Part shown: in pieces, positions 1-11,921 of the stretch | Numbering within the stretch: the stretch's first letter is position 1 | How the letters are laid out: each line of letters opens with the position of its first letter | Source: Octopus sinensis | Taxonomy: Eukaryota | Assembly: GCF_006345805.1 (NCBI RefSeq) | Contig: NC_042998.1 | Span: 140,554,001-140,618,000 of the forward strand | Reading direction: 5' to 3' | DNA: 64,000 bases | Program-made: the position numbers and the translations under genes | The notes under the pieces: model-generated | What the model saw: the letters and a program-made list of their open reading frames with translations, nothing else | The model's database searches: none | Told to the model about the DNA's origin: nothing

Positions 1-195
1 TGTAAGGATAAAGATCGAAGCGATGACCTCCCTTGCATATACAAAACGGGCACGAACTGTATGTCGGTAGCCAACTAGAAAAGATGTTTGCCTGGAGCTA
101 AAAGACAGTAACATCGTCCTTGTATTAGGACTGCCACATTATGTTGGCAAATAAACTTTACTATATGTGTATGTATATATATATATATATATATA

Positions 196-740
196 GTGGT
201 TGTGTGGTAAGTAGCTTGCTTACCAACCGGGTAATAAACTTGCTACCTAACCACATGAGTCCGAACCCAGACCTACTGTGTGACAACTTGGGCAAGTAGC
301 ACCTCTGTTGGTGCAGTTTCTCCAGGCAGCTCGGTCTTGCGCTTGCCTTTCTCAGATGTCGGGATTGCTCTCAAAGCTCTTCCCTGAAGTTGTGAAGCAC
401 TTTTTCTGTCTACCTTGCGTGCGCCTGCTTTCCAGCAGTCCGCTGTATGATAGTCTCTTGGTGGGTACTGTCAGGCATTCCACCCAAGCTTTGTGAGTGG
501 ATTTGGTTGAAGGAAACTGCAAAAGACCCGCATATGTGTGTGTGTATCTGTGTTTGTCCCCACCCCGCCATCGCTTGACAACCGATATTAGTGTGTTTAT
601 GTCCCTGTAACTTAGCAGTTCGGCAGAAGCGACTGATAGAATAAGTACTTGGCTTACAAAGAATAAGTTCTGGGGTCGATTTGTTCGACTAAAAGTATGG
701 CCGCAGTCAAATGACTGAAACAAGTAAACGAATAAAAGAA
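196..740 (+). mobile_element. tRNA-headed SINE, family A (local name), interrupted by a LINE fragment
   Basis: Head gtggttgtgtggtaagtagcttgc, ttgggcaagt block, gtgagtggatttgg body and 3' end ggccgcagtcaaatgactgaaacaagtaaa match more than 10 other copies in the window; 299-479 is foreign sequence. Confidence 0.85.
299..479 (-). mobile_element. Internal RTE LINE fragment (C-terminal region of ORF2)
   Basis: Aligns by eye to 1656-1838; minus-strand translation CLTVPTKRLSYSGLLESRRTQGRQKKCFTT resembles the RTE RLPKxLFYGELxxGKRxxGGQKKRFKD motif. Confidence 0.85.
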
Positions 741-1429
741 TATATATATATATATATATACACACATAGATATTCATAAATATCCATACACTTACACTTA
801 TATGCACGCATACGCCCTTATATAAAAACGATAACCGTACAAAGTGTACAGTAACATTATCTAGTAGCTTCAATGTTGCATAATACAGATCCCAAGCATT
901 TTTGAAACATATGTAGTGCATAACTGCTTCTTCCATTCCATCCTTCTTCACTCATTTAATCATATAAATATGTGCGTATATACATATCCGCGTGTGTGTG
1001 CGCGCGCGCGCGTAGTGAAGTGGCTCTGAGGAAGCTACAAGATATTGCATCGGCACATAACTCTATGCACATGCTTCCTCATGGCCGAAAACCTGTAAGC
1101 TAATGAATGTAATTAAATTACCCTCTACTTACATGTCGTTCATTCATTAATTAACATTACGCTTTTCTGGTTCACATAAATTAGTATTGCAATCTTCTGG
1201 TTCACATAAAAGCCTCATGCGGAGGATGTTGGATAATTCTCATCGTCTGTGAAGTAAAAGTATATTGTTTACGTATTTCACATAAATATTGGTTGTAACA
1301 TCAATTAATGGCTAATTATGCACAACTCGTTGAATAATTGTCGAAATTAGACGAATCAAAACTACCATGCCAGCTTGGTGACTGCTTAGGAATTATATGC
1401 TCACACATGTATATATATGCGTATATAGT

Positions 1430-2870
1430 TTCTTCGTCCGTCGTTGATGATGATGACCAAGAATATCACAGGGGGGAAGAGAGCAGGGCACTGTGTGTCC
1501 GACTCTGCTTGATCTGTCGGCTGTGTGCTCGGAAGGCTTTGCCGCAAGTCGGGCCCTGGTAATATGTTGGGACTGAAGACGAGGGGTTGACTCTGGACTT
1601 GCGCAGTTTGTGTTTTCTTTGTGCCCTTGCAATCATGTTCTGTTCTTGGAAGGTGGCACCTCTGTTCGTACCTGTTTCTCCAGGCAAGACGGTCTTACGC
1701 TTGCCTTTCCCAGATGTCGGGGTTGCTCTCAAAGCTCTTCACTGAAGTTGTGAAGCACTTTTTCTGTCCACCTTGCGTGTGCCTGCCTTCCACCAGTTCG
1801 CTGTATAAAAGTCTCTTGGAGAGTACTGTCAGGCATTTGAACAAGGTAGCCAGCCCACTTGACTTGTACTCTCCCCAGCAGTATGTAAATGCTTGGCAGA
1901 TGAGTTTGAGGGTGAACCCCTGTGCCTGGGACCTTGTCTTGCCAGGTGATTTTCAACTGCTTTCTCATGCAATTTCCGTGGGAACGGTTTAGCTTTTTAG
2001 CGTGGCTTTCGTAAACCATCCAAGTTTCGCAGGCATACAATAGTTGGTGGTCAGCCTTTTACTTCAAGTTGGTGGTCAGCCTTTTGCTTTTCCTTTCCCA
2101 TACTGATTCACATTGCAGCCTGAAAGCTGAGCTTCCTTTGATGATACCTGCTTCGACTTCATTATCAATGTGCACAAATCTGGAGAGTGTACTGCCAAGG
2201 TACGTGACATATCAACAACCTTCAAAGTTTGCCCTTCGTCAGTGATAGTTGCTGTTACATACGGCTTCTGCGGGACAGATTGATGCATGACCTCTGTCTT
2301 CTGAGTATGGACTGTGGGGCCAAAGACATTGAAGTCAGTGGAAAAGCAGTTCATGCTCTTCTGTATCTGGGCCTTTGTGGGGGCGTTGTGTGCGCAGTCA
2401 TCTGCAAACAGGAAGTCGTACACTGACTCCTCTTCCACTTAGGTTTTGATCTGTAGCCTCCACAGGCTGAAGAGTCTTCCAATGTCTTGAATCTGATCTT
2501 GATGCTGGTTTCATCGTCGTTACAGAATGTATCCGACACCATGGCTGAGAACATGATGTTCAATAGCGTAAGTACGAGTACACAGCCCTGCTTGATTCCG
2601 TTATTGATTGGAAATACGAGGGAGGATCACCACTACCCAGTACTCGAACGAGCTGATCATCGTCAAAGTGTTGCACGATTCTCATGTATTTGTTCGAGCA
2701 ACCGAACTTTCCATTGTAATCGAAAACCCCTCACGACGGACAGTGTCAAAGCCCGTGGTCTACAAACGTTCTGTGTAGGTCCTTGTTCTGTTCCTCGCAT
2801 TTCTCTTGAAGTTGGCGTGCGGCAAAAATCATGCCGACTGTCCTATGTCCCTCTCTGAAGCCACGCTGAC
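1430..2870 (-). pseudogene. 5'-truncated, frameshifted RTE-clade (BovB/RTE-1-like) LINE reverse transcriptase
   Basis: Collinear motifs on minus strand: QRGFREGHRTVGMIFAARQLQEKCEEQNKDLHRTFVD, TKAFDTV, FLFADDCA, KTEVM, LYACETW, KITWQDK, terminal C2H2-like PTCGKAFRA...RTH, and an RTE-type 3' end ggtcatcatcatcaacgacggacgaa. Confidence 0.93.
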
Positions 2871-2930
2871 ATGCATATACATAATATAAATGTATTATAT
2901 ACAAACATGCAAAGGTATGTATATACATGC

Positions 2931-2970
<40 letters not shown>

Positions 2971-3183
2971 ATAATATATATATGTATAATGCCTTCTGGC
3001 ATGTATGTATAATGCCCTCTATATATAATATATATATATATTATATATATATATATATATATTATATATTATATAGTATTAATATATTATTGCATGCGTA
3101 TATAAACTCTATAAGAATACATATAAACACACAACACAAATATATGTATATGTATGTATAAATAAATAAATAAATAATATATA

Positions 3184-3214
<31 letters not shown>

Positions 3215-3358
3215 ATATATATATAATATAAGCATAATAAATCCGAACGAGATATAAACAGTAACGCTCGACACGTAAAGTGTACTAACCATCTGAATGT
3301 GGAGTGTACTAGCCACATTCAGATGGCTAGTAGTACACTTTACGTTTTATATATATAT

Positions 3359-3390
<32 letters not shown>

Positions 3391-3391
<1 letters not shown>

Positions 3392-3681
3392 TTACTCTTT
3401 TAATTGTTTCAGTCATTTGACTGCGGCCATGCTGGAGCACCGCCTTTAGTCGAGCAAATCGACCCTAGGACTTATTTTTTGTAAGCCTAGTACTTATTCT
3501 ATCGGTTTCATTTGCTGAACAGCTAAATTACGGGGACGTAAACACACCAGCATCGATTGTCAAGCGATGATGGTGGGACAAACACAGACACACAAACAAA
3601 TACACGCACACGTACACATATATATACATATATACGACGGGCTTCTTTCAGTTTCGTCTACCAAATCCACTCACAAGGCTT
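3391..3681 (-). mobile_element. SINE family A, 5'-truncated
   Basis: tgtttcagtcatttgactgcggccatgctggagcaccgcc ... ctaccaaatccactcacaaggc is the reverse complement of the family A body and tail. Confidence 0.85.
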
Positions 3682-3724
3682 TATATACATATAAACATTT
3701 ATATATATATATTATATATATATA

Positions 3725-3766
<42 letters not shown>

Positions 3767-4672
3767 ACAATAAATATATTTCTCTCTCTCTCTTTCTCTC
3801 TCTCTCTCTTCTCTATATATATATATATATATATACATAGAGAATAAATATATATATATATACGTACACATACATCAACAGAACATACATACCAATAAAC
3901 ACATAACTATATACAAATATGCATACATGCACACACACACACACACACATTTGGCTCTGTTTTTAATGTATCCTTGCTTCAGATAAATAAGTATCCCTTG
4001 TATTAAATGAGGTGTCTGTTTGTCCACCCTCCCCTTCCCACATTAAAGTAAAGCTAGATCACAATTCATCAGCCGTTTATTAGCTCTTCTCACTATTTTT
4101 TTCGATTGCTTCATGTCTATCTGCCATTGACGGTATTGCGGAAACGAGATTTCGATGTTACGAGGAATGGGAAAGGAGGGATAATTAAATTGATTGGAAA
4201 TATAAAAGATTTATCGATGAAGCTAGGACAAATATACAAAACAAAAAAAAAAAGTAAGAGGTAAAAAGTAAATAAATAAATTCAATAAGATTCAATAAGT
4301 AAATAATACTCTCTTTCAACTTAATCACACGTAATGATATATATATATATATATACATTATACATACACATCTATACATAAACACACACACGCACACACA
4401 GACGCATGCACACACAGACACATACAAACACACACACACACACATACCTGTATGCTTACACATAAACGTATACGTGTACGTGTGAGCACATATATAAGTA
4501 TATACACATCTATATGTATATATGTACATATATATTTATGTATGTATCACGCACATGCATATATGCACATACATACACATATACATGCATACATGTATAT
4601 ATATTGCGTGTGTGTGTGTGTATGATATATATATATATATATAATATATATATATATATATGTATATATATG

Positions 4673-4770
<98 letters not shown>

Positions 4771-5055
4771 CTATATATATTATATATATATACACACACA
4801 CAAGCGCGCGCACGCAACATCATAAAACATATATTGCTCAATATTTGCTTAGATCATAATGTGGTTAGATATTCGCAATATCATTGAATGTATTATTCGC
4901 TATTTCCTATAAATGTTTTATTCACGCTCTCCTATATCTCAAGGCACGAATTTCGTTCAAGCTTGTAGCAATTGGGTACACGTTATTGACAAGTCCCAAG
5001 AAAGGCGAAATGCGTGAGTCGCATTTTTTTCTAGCACATGTCTATGAAGATGTGT

Positions 5056-5290
5056 GACAGCCTGTGGCCTAGCCCTTTGGGTGTTGCCCTCACGATCAAA
5101 AGATCGTGGTTTCGATTCTCAGACCGGGTGGTGCGTTGTGTTCTTGAGCAAAACACTTTGTTTCATGTTGCACTAGTCCATTTAGTCATAAAAGAGTAAC
5201 ACTGCGAAGGATTGGCGTTCTGTTTTGGGGGCATATTTTGACCTCGGTTACTTAAACCGGGTAATCGTCCCAGTGAGTCATAGAACTCGA
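5056..5290 (+). mobile_element. tRNA-headed SINE (family C/E-like head)
   Basis: A-box-like tggcctagcc, B-box-like ggtttcgattc, followed by gcgttgtgttcttgagcaaaacact shared with the copies at 11.0, 35.8 and 49.2 kb. Confidence 0.65.
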
Positions 5291-5791
5291 GACAGTAATA
5301 CCCATATCCTATGAAGCGACTTCCTCTCAGAAAAAATCCCACAGCAGCAGGCCTTTTAACGGGGTATATGCATTTAGTATGATACTCAGATGACGGTTTA
5401 TATTTGATGCTGCTTCAATTGCGTTTGCGTGTTTTATCTAGAACGATGTACGTCGGCTTCAAAACACAAAGATAAACATCGATACAGATTGATACCAACG
5501 TCGTGTAGAAGTTGCCAGAAAGAAGTTGAAGACAGATTTAGGTTAACTTTGGAGATTGTAGCCTCAGCTGTGTCATCGATTAAAGTGGCCCTAACAGTTT
5601 TTGGATGGTAGCAGGTCTTTTCTTTTTTTCATTGACCCCACACACACACACTCACGCACACAACATCGATTACAAAGTTGTGCTCGGAGGAATTTGAACA
5701 CATAGCTATAACAAATGCCCTGAGGCACTTTGACCGATGCTTTAACGTTTTCCCTATTCACCATCCTCCCTTCACTATTTGTATGTATGTC

Positions 5792-5830
<39 letters not shown>

Positions 5831-5926
5831 CTCTCTCTCTCTCTCACTCTCTCAACACGCACACATACATACGAATGCAAAGAGAGAAAGAGAAAGAGAA
5901 AGAGAAAGAGACATCTACATACATAC

Positions 5927-8288
5927 TAGAGGTGACTCCAGGCCATGAGCGTCACTAGGGCTCATCACAGATTTCGCATAAGACACATGTATAAAAGTAG
6001 GTAAGAGACATAATGCACACCGCAGACTTATATGCGATCTAATAATTTAACAATAAGACAAAAATATAGTTTTAATATGAAAATTACTCACTTCATTTAT
6101 CCATGAACTCCAGTCGTCTTGGTTTGATGGCGAACTCCCGTAATATCCTGTCATTCTGCTACTTCTTGGCCAAGTCATTCAAAATGCTTTTCTCGGTGGA
6201 AATACGAGCTAGTGAAGACAGGCTGTTCTTGGTTCATTGTGCTTCTCAGATATGAGCAGATTCTATCCAACGTTGAGAAACTTCTCTCATTAGCGACTGA
6301 TGTTAAAGGGATGGTCAGCACTAGTTTAATTAGCTTAATGGATTCCGGCATAGCGGAAGTCAACTCCAATTTATTCAGTAATTCTAAAATGGAGTCGATT
6401 GATTTGCACTTTTTAAAATCACTGTCAATATACTTATATTTTAGCTTGTCACTAAGTTCTTACAGTCAAAAATACAGGACTACTTGTTTTCTAGAGAATC
6501 CATGTGTTGCATGGGAAATGAATTAGCAAACTTTTCAAACTTATTAACATCTTGTAATACAAAAAATGCATACTCCTGAATGCCAGAAAATCTCTCTCGT
6601 AAGGACATTAGAATGTTATCAACTATTTCGAAATAGATAGTTTTGTAACTAATTTGTGCACCTCTGACTCTTTTTCTAGGAGGAGGATCTGACTCATCTG
6701 CCTGTTCAATGACAGCAGCTGTATCGCGCAGAATGTTTTCATAATGTTCGTCCTTACGATAATCTTTAACACAATGAATGAAGTCATTTAGTTTACTGTG
6801 ACCATGCTTTATGTCGAGTAGCTTACACTGTAGGATACCAAAGACTTTTCCAGTCTGAGAAAGAATGTCATGAAAGCAATTGATGAAAAACATGAATGTG
6901 AAATCATTCAACTTTGCCAATAGATTGTTTGACAATGTGTATCTTCATCCCACTTTTTACGAGAGCCTAGAATATTTGTGAAGGTATTTTTCAAGTTTTC
7001 ATGCAATAGTTTTATGAATGACACGGTTCTTGATCTATAGCACCATCTTGTATTATGCTTGAGACTCCTGAAAACTATTTCGATCCCTCTTTAGTAGAAA
7101 GTCTGGAAGCAAGCATGCTGTCGATTTCAGCAAATAGTTTACAATAGTTTACGGTAATTTCCTCTATTAAGGCTGTCACTTCCTTCATCATGTCCTTGTA
7201 AAGGCAACTCTTGTTTACACAGGTATAACACTGCATTTGTTAACTGCTTTAAATATTGTCTATTTTCTTCAGTTGCTTTGTTATGTCGTTCTTTTTCCAG
7301 TTTAGCCGACTCACTAATAGCTGTCACAATATCGTACAGTTCCAAAGTTTTCAAGCTTTTGTAACTACATAAATGGACGTACTAATTTACTGTGATGCTT
7401 ACAGTCACTCCGGATGCTTTTATAATTATTATCTGTCCACGACTGATTAGCTTTTGGTTGAAACAACAAACATAGCCTGCATTAGAGTTTCTTTGTGACG
7501 CTATTTGCAACAAAGCCAATCTGTTCATACCATTTTATCTGGAATGTTCGAGTTCCAGCTTTAGCTTTCAATGAAGGAATCGGCTTATCTGCTCGAAGAA
7601 TTTCACGTTTTTCCGTAATATTTCTAGTCCCAAATGGCTTACTTTTTATATCTAGCACTATGTCTTTTCATTTCTAAGTTAAGAGTAAAAATAAAGTAAC
7701 CCTGCAAAACAACTGACTGTTACACACACTCACAGAATAACAGCAATCAAGTAACGACAGCGGAGTGCACAACAAATTTCAACGATCTGACAGCTGCCTG
7801 TAGTCTTGACAAGAGATGCCTTTTACACCTACCAGGCTCGTTCGTATTAGCCCGGGTTGCTGGATAATACTTCGTTCCTTTAAGAATATTGTTGAAGAGA
7901 AACTTTTCATAGATTGGAATTTAAATCCTAATCTCCATAGAAATTTCTTATTTCAAGAAAACATTGAATTTGAATAACTTTTAATTTCAACGAGTATAGA
8001 TAACAACTTGGGTTGTAACTTCTGAGCCCGAGTCAGGTACGTGTGAACGATGTCGAGAGAACGTCTGTTACGAATGACATTTTTTGACACAGGGCATCTC
8101 TAACATGACGAACAGACGCTGAACGAAAATGAATTAACTGCGACCAGGTTCGATAAAAGGAGCCCGTGTTATTGGCTGCAATTACATACTTCAAGTCACT
8201 GTTGATAAAAATTGAATCAACTTGCAAATACACGTTCACTTTGCTAAATTTATACTCAGGATAAGCTCGAGTGCCGAAGTTACCACTG
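5927..8288 (-). mobile_element. hAT DNA transposon (DUF4371/ZMYM1-like transposase group), internally deleted, both ends present
   Basis: Degenerate TIRs TAGAGGTGACTCCAGG (5927) and CAGTGGTAACTTCGGC (8288, minus); identical 8-bp flanks ATACATAC (5919-5926 and 8289-8296, inside a CATA repeat); transposase remnants inside. Confidence 0.8.
6175..7677 (-). pseudogene. hAT transposase pseudogene
   Basis: TTF-zinc-finger-like KWYEQIGFVANSVTKKL*CRLCLLF; DUF4371-like LCKQELPLQGHDEGSDSLNRGNY; FSGVSSIIQ; TRW; LLAKLNDFTFMF; hATC dimerisation motif LTIPLTSVANERSFSTLDRICSYLRSTMNQE. Several stops and frameshifts. Confidence 0.9.
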
Positions 8289-8442
8289 ATACATACATAC
8301 ATACATACACATACATACATACATACATACATACATACATACATACATACATACATACATGCATACATACATACATACATACATACATACATACATACAT
8401 ACATACATACCTATATACATACTCACTTATGTGTGTATATAT

Positions 8443-8496
<54 letters not shown>

Positions 8497-8613
8497 TATG
8501 TATGTATGCATGTATGTATGTATGTATTAATTTGTTACACTAGAAAATAACAGAGCAATGGTACCTTCGCAAATTTTTTTTCGTGAATTATTTGCTCGTG
8601 TTGAAATATATAA

Positions 8614-8664
<51 letters not shown>

Positions 8665-8882
8665 CTTAATTACGCATTTTTAAGATTCCATTCAATTAGG
8701 TACTTACATTGGGGCACCTGCTAGATCCCTGCCATGTGTGCAGACAATGCAACCCAGTCAAGTGAAGATGTCCACTCTTGGCAATTCAGACATGTACTTT
8801 TTATCAAGGTACTTTCTATAGTATTTCTGAAGTGCAGATTCCAAGTTAGGTGAACAGAATATAAATAAGTAACAAAGATGTA

Positions 8883-9185
8883 CAGGTGTCAATTCATTAC
8901 AGTCGTTTCAAGCGACTCCTTTAATTTATTAATGAAAACATTACATCATTTGAAAGAAACCGTTCTCGTCAGATGACCGCATAGACTTCAAACACAAAGG
9001 ATACAACCATATCCTTAACATATTCACATATTTTCAGTTCGATTATTGATGAAATATGTTAAGGTTGTATCCTTTATGTTTGAAGTCCATGTGGTCATCT
9101 GACGAGAACAGTTTGTCTTCAAATGTAATGTTTCCTTAATCAATTAAAGGAGTCGCTTGAAACGGCCGTAATGAATTGACACCTA
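8883..9185. mobile_element. Foldback MITE with ~125-bp TIRs and TA target duplication (Tc1/mariner type)
   Basis: TA|CAGGTGTCAATTCATTAC ... GTAATGAATTGACACCTA|TA; arms complementary over ~125 bp; a partial second copy of the left arm starts at 56420. Confidence 0.85.
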
Positions 9186-9219
9186 TACATCTTTGCTACT
9201 CATTTACATATACATATAT

Positions 9220-9300
<81 letters not shown>

Positions 9301-9303
9301 TAA

Positions 9304-9356
<53 letters not shown>

Positions 9357-10392
9357 AAGATACATACATACATACATACATACATACATACATACATACA
9401 TACTACATACATACATACATACATATACACACACATGCACACACACACATACACACACATACACATACACATGCACATACATGGGAAATGAGAAACAGAT
9501 ATGCAAATATGCATGTATTGTGTGTGTATATAAATGCATATATATGTTTGTGTATATGGGTGCGCGCGCGTTAGTGTATGTGTATGTGTGTGCGCGTGAG
9601 TGTGTGAAGAGGGGAAAGAGAAAGAGTCATAAAAGATGAGTAATTAAGTATTGTTAAAAAGTGTTGTAGGAAAATTCCTTGGAAATAAATAAAACCCATT
9701 TGAAATGCCAGCAAATACCATGACTGATGCTGGCATTTCATTATTTCGTTAGTTCACTTGAAAAATAAAGAATGGTGCATTAATTTTAAGATATGCGATC
9801 CTGCTTTCTCGAAGACTTCGATTGTTTTGAAGTAGTTCTGAAAGTAAGTGAAAAATATCACGTTGGGAGATCTCAGAAAAATAATGTAAGGAGAGAGAGG
9901 GGAGGTGGAGCAGAAGGCAGTGAGGGGAGGAGGGTGAGGAGACAGACAGAGTGGAGCAAGTGGTGAGGCATTGTATGTGAAGTGTAGGGGGTATTGTCTT
10001 ATTGAAACATTCATTGATAGGTATCACAGGCACACATGCATATGTACATGCATATTATACATACATACATATATACATACATACATACACATACCACACA
10101 CATACACTCACTCATACTCACGCATATATACATACAAACACGCACATATACATATTCTTATATATAAATATATATATATATGAATATTTATTGTGTATAC
10201 ATACAAACATATATATATATATATATATATATGTAAAAGTAAAAAAATATATACAAACTGGGACAAGAACGTGAAACATTTAGAAGACGACACAAAAAAC
10301 ACGGACGGGACATTCGAAGCCTTCAATCTTCAGTCAAGAACCAGATCATCTTCGCAATTTCTATATATATGAATACTGTATATATATGTAGT

Positions 10393-10540
10393 GTTTTATT
10401 TGTTTCAGTTATTTGACTGTGGCTATGCTGGAGCGCCGCCTTTAGTCGAGCAAATCGCCCCCAGAACTTATTGTTTGTAAGCCTAGTACTTATTCTATCG
10501 GTCTGTTATGCCGAACCGCTAAGTTACGGGATACAAACAC
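10393..10540 (-). mobile_element. SINE family A, 3' part
   Basis: tgtttcagttatttgactgtggctatgctggagcgccgcctttagtcgagcaaatcg...gaaccgctaagttacggg. Confidence 0.8.
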
Positions 10541-10557
10541 ACACACACACGCACGCG

Positions 10558-10590
<33 letters not shown>

Positions 10591-11041
10591 CACACACACA
10601 CACACACAGAGGCACACACACAGACTCTTCCCTAGAACAAAACTCCCTCGAACAAAATTCTTTAAGTTAAAATGCGAAAGAGAAAGAACCCTCAGTTATA
10701 TTTTTGGTGAAGATGTATGATAAACACCCCCATTTCTTTTCGTTGTTTTTTTCCCCCTTTTTACTTATTTCATTCATTAGACTGCGGCCTTACTGGGAGC
10801 ACTGCCTTGAAGAATTTTTAGCCGAATGAAGCGACATGACCTTCATAATGTACCACTCTCAAAACTCTTCATAGTTGCTGGAATCTTAGTGCGCATCACG
10901 CTGGGGAGATCAGAAGGATCTGCAGGTAAAACACCTGTCGTTTCTCCTGTCCTATCTCTGCGAAAGGCAAATCTACAAACAACTTCTGTACGTATTATCC
11001 CATAATATATGTGTTTCAAAAACTGTAAACACCGAAAGTAA

Positions 11042-11355
11042 GGCACGTGGCTGTGTGGTTAGGGTATTCCGCACACGGCCGTCGTAAAGTCATCAGTTCG
11101 ATTCAGAGCAGCGCATAGTATCCTTGAGCAAATCACTTTATTTCATATTGCTCCAGTCTGTTTAACTGGCAAAAAATGAGCAGTTCCTGTATTTCAAAGG
11201 GCCAACCTTGTCACATTCTGTGCCACGATGAAATCTCATTGAGGACATGTTAAGACTACACATGTGTCTGCGCAGTGCTCAACCACTTGCACGTCAATTT
11301 AATGAACAGGTCGTTCCGTTGATCGGGTCATCTGGAACCCTCGTCTTCGTACCCG
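11042..11355 (+). mobile_element. tRNA-headed SINE family E
   Basis: Head ggcacgtggctgtgtggttagggtattc...gttcgattc; the body 11180-11355 is the reverse complement of 24340-24527. Confidence 0.75.
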
Positions 11356-11467
11356 AAAGTGCTTACACACAAAACGAAAACTTCCATCCCAAAGTTTTGA
11401 GTCATTCATTTTTTTTAAAGAATTTTTTTTTATACAATTAATAATATTAAATTTAAGGAAATCTTTC

Positions 11468-11530
<63 letters not shown>

Positions 11531-11560
11531 ATATGCGCGCACGTGAGTTCCTTTATTTTA

Positions 11561-11722
11561 TTATTTTGTTTCAGTCATTTCACTAGGTTGTCAGACGATG
11601 GTGGGAGACAAACACCGACATAAAGGCAACACATACATAGATATATACATACTTATACATACATACATACACACACATGCACACACACCCACTCACACAC
11701 ATACACACACACACGCGCATAA

Positions 11723-11755
<33 letters not shown>

Positions 11756-11921
11756 ATATATACGACGAGCTTCTTTCAATTTCTCTGTCTACGAAATCCA
11801 CTCACAAAGCTTTGGTCAGCTCGAGGCTATAGTAGAAGAAACTTGCCCAAGGGGCTACGCAGTGAGACTGAACCCGAAACCATGTGACTGAGAAGTAAGC
11901 TTCTTACCACACAGCCACGCC
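11561..11921 (-). mobile_element. SINE family A with internal deletion
   Basis: Tail tgtttcagtcattt joined directly to ggttgtcagacgatgg; complete head cttaccacacagccacgcc. Confidence 0.85.

Noticed and set aside
352-951. 199-aa ORF as a gene
   Set aside because: It crosses microsatellite, antisense SINE and the captured LINE fragment; it is a chance fusion.
5008-5034. Hairpin aaatgcg-tgagt-cgcattt followed by CTAG as a Helitron 3' end
   Set aside because: CTAG is followed by C, not T, and no matching 5'-TC terminus was found.
10300-10345. Minus-strand CTGAAGA...CGAATGTC in a short repeat
   Set aside because: No GAAA, no foldable stem II and no stem I.
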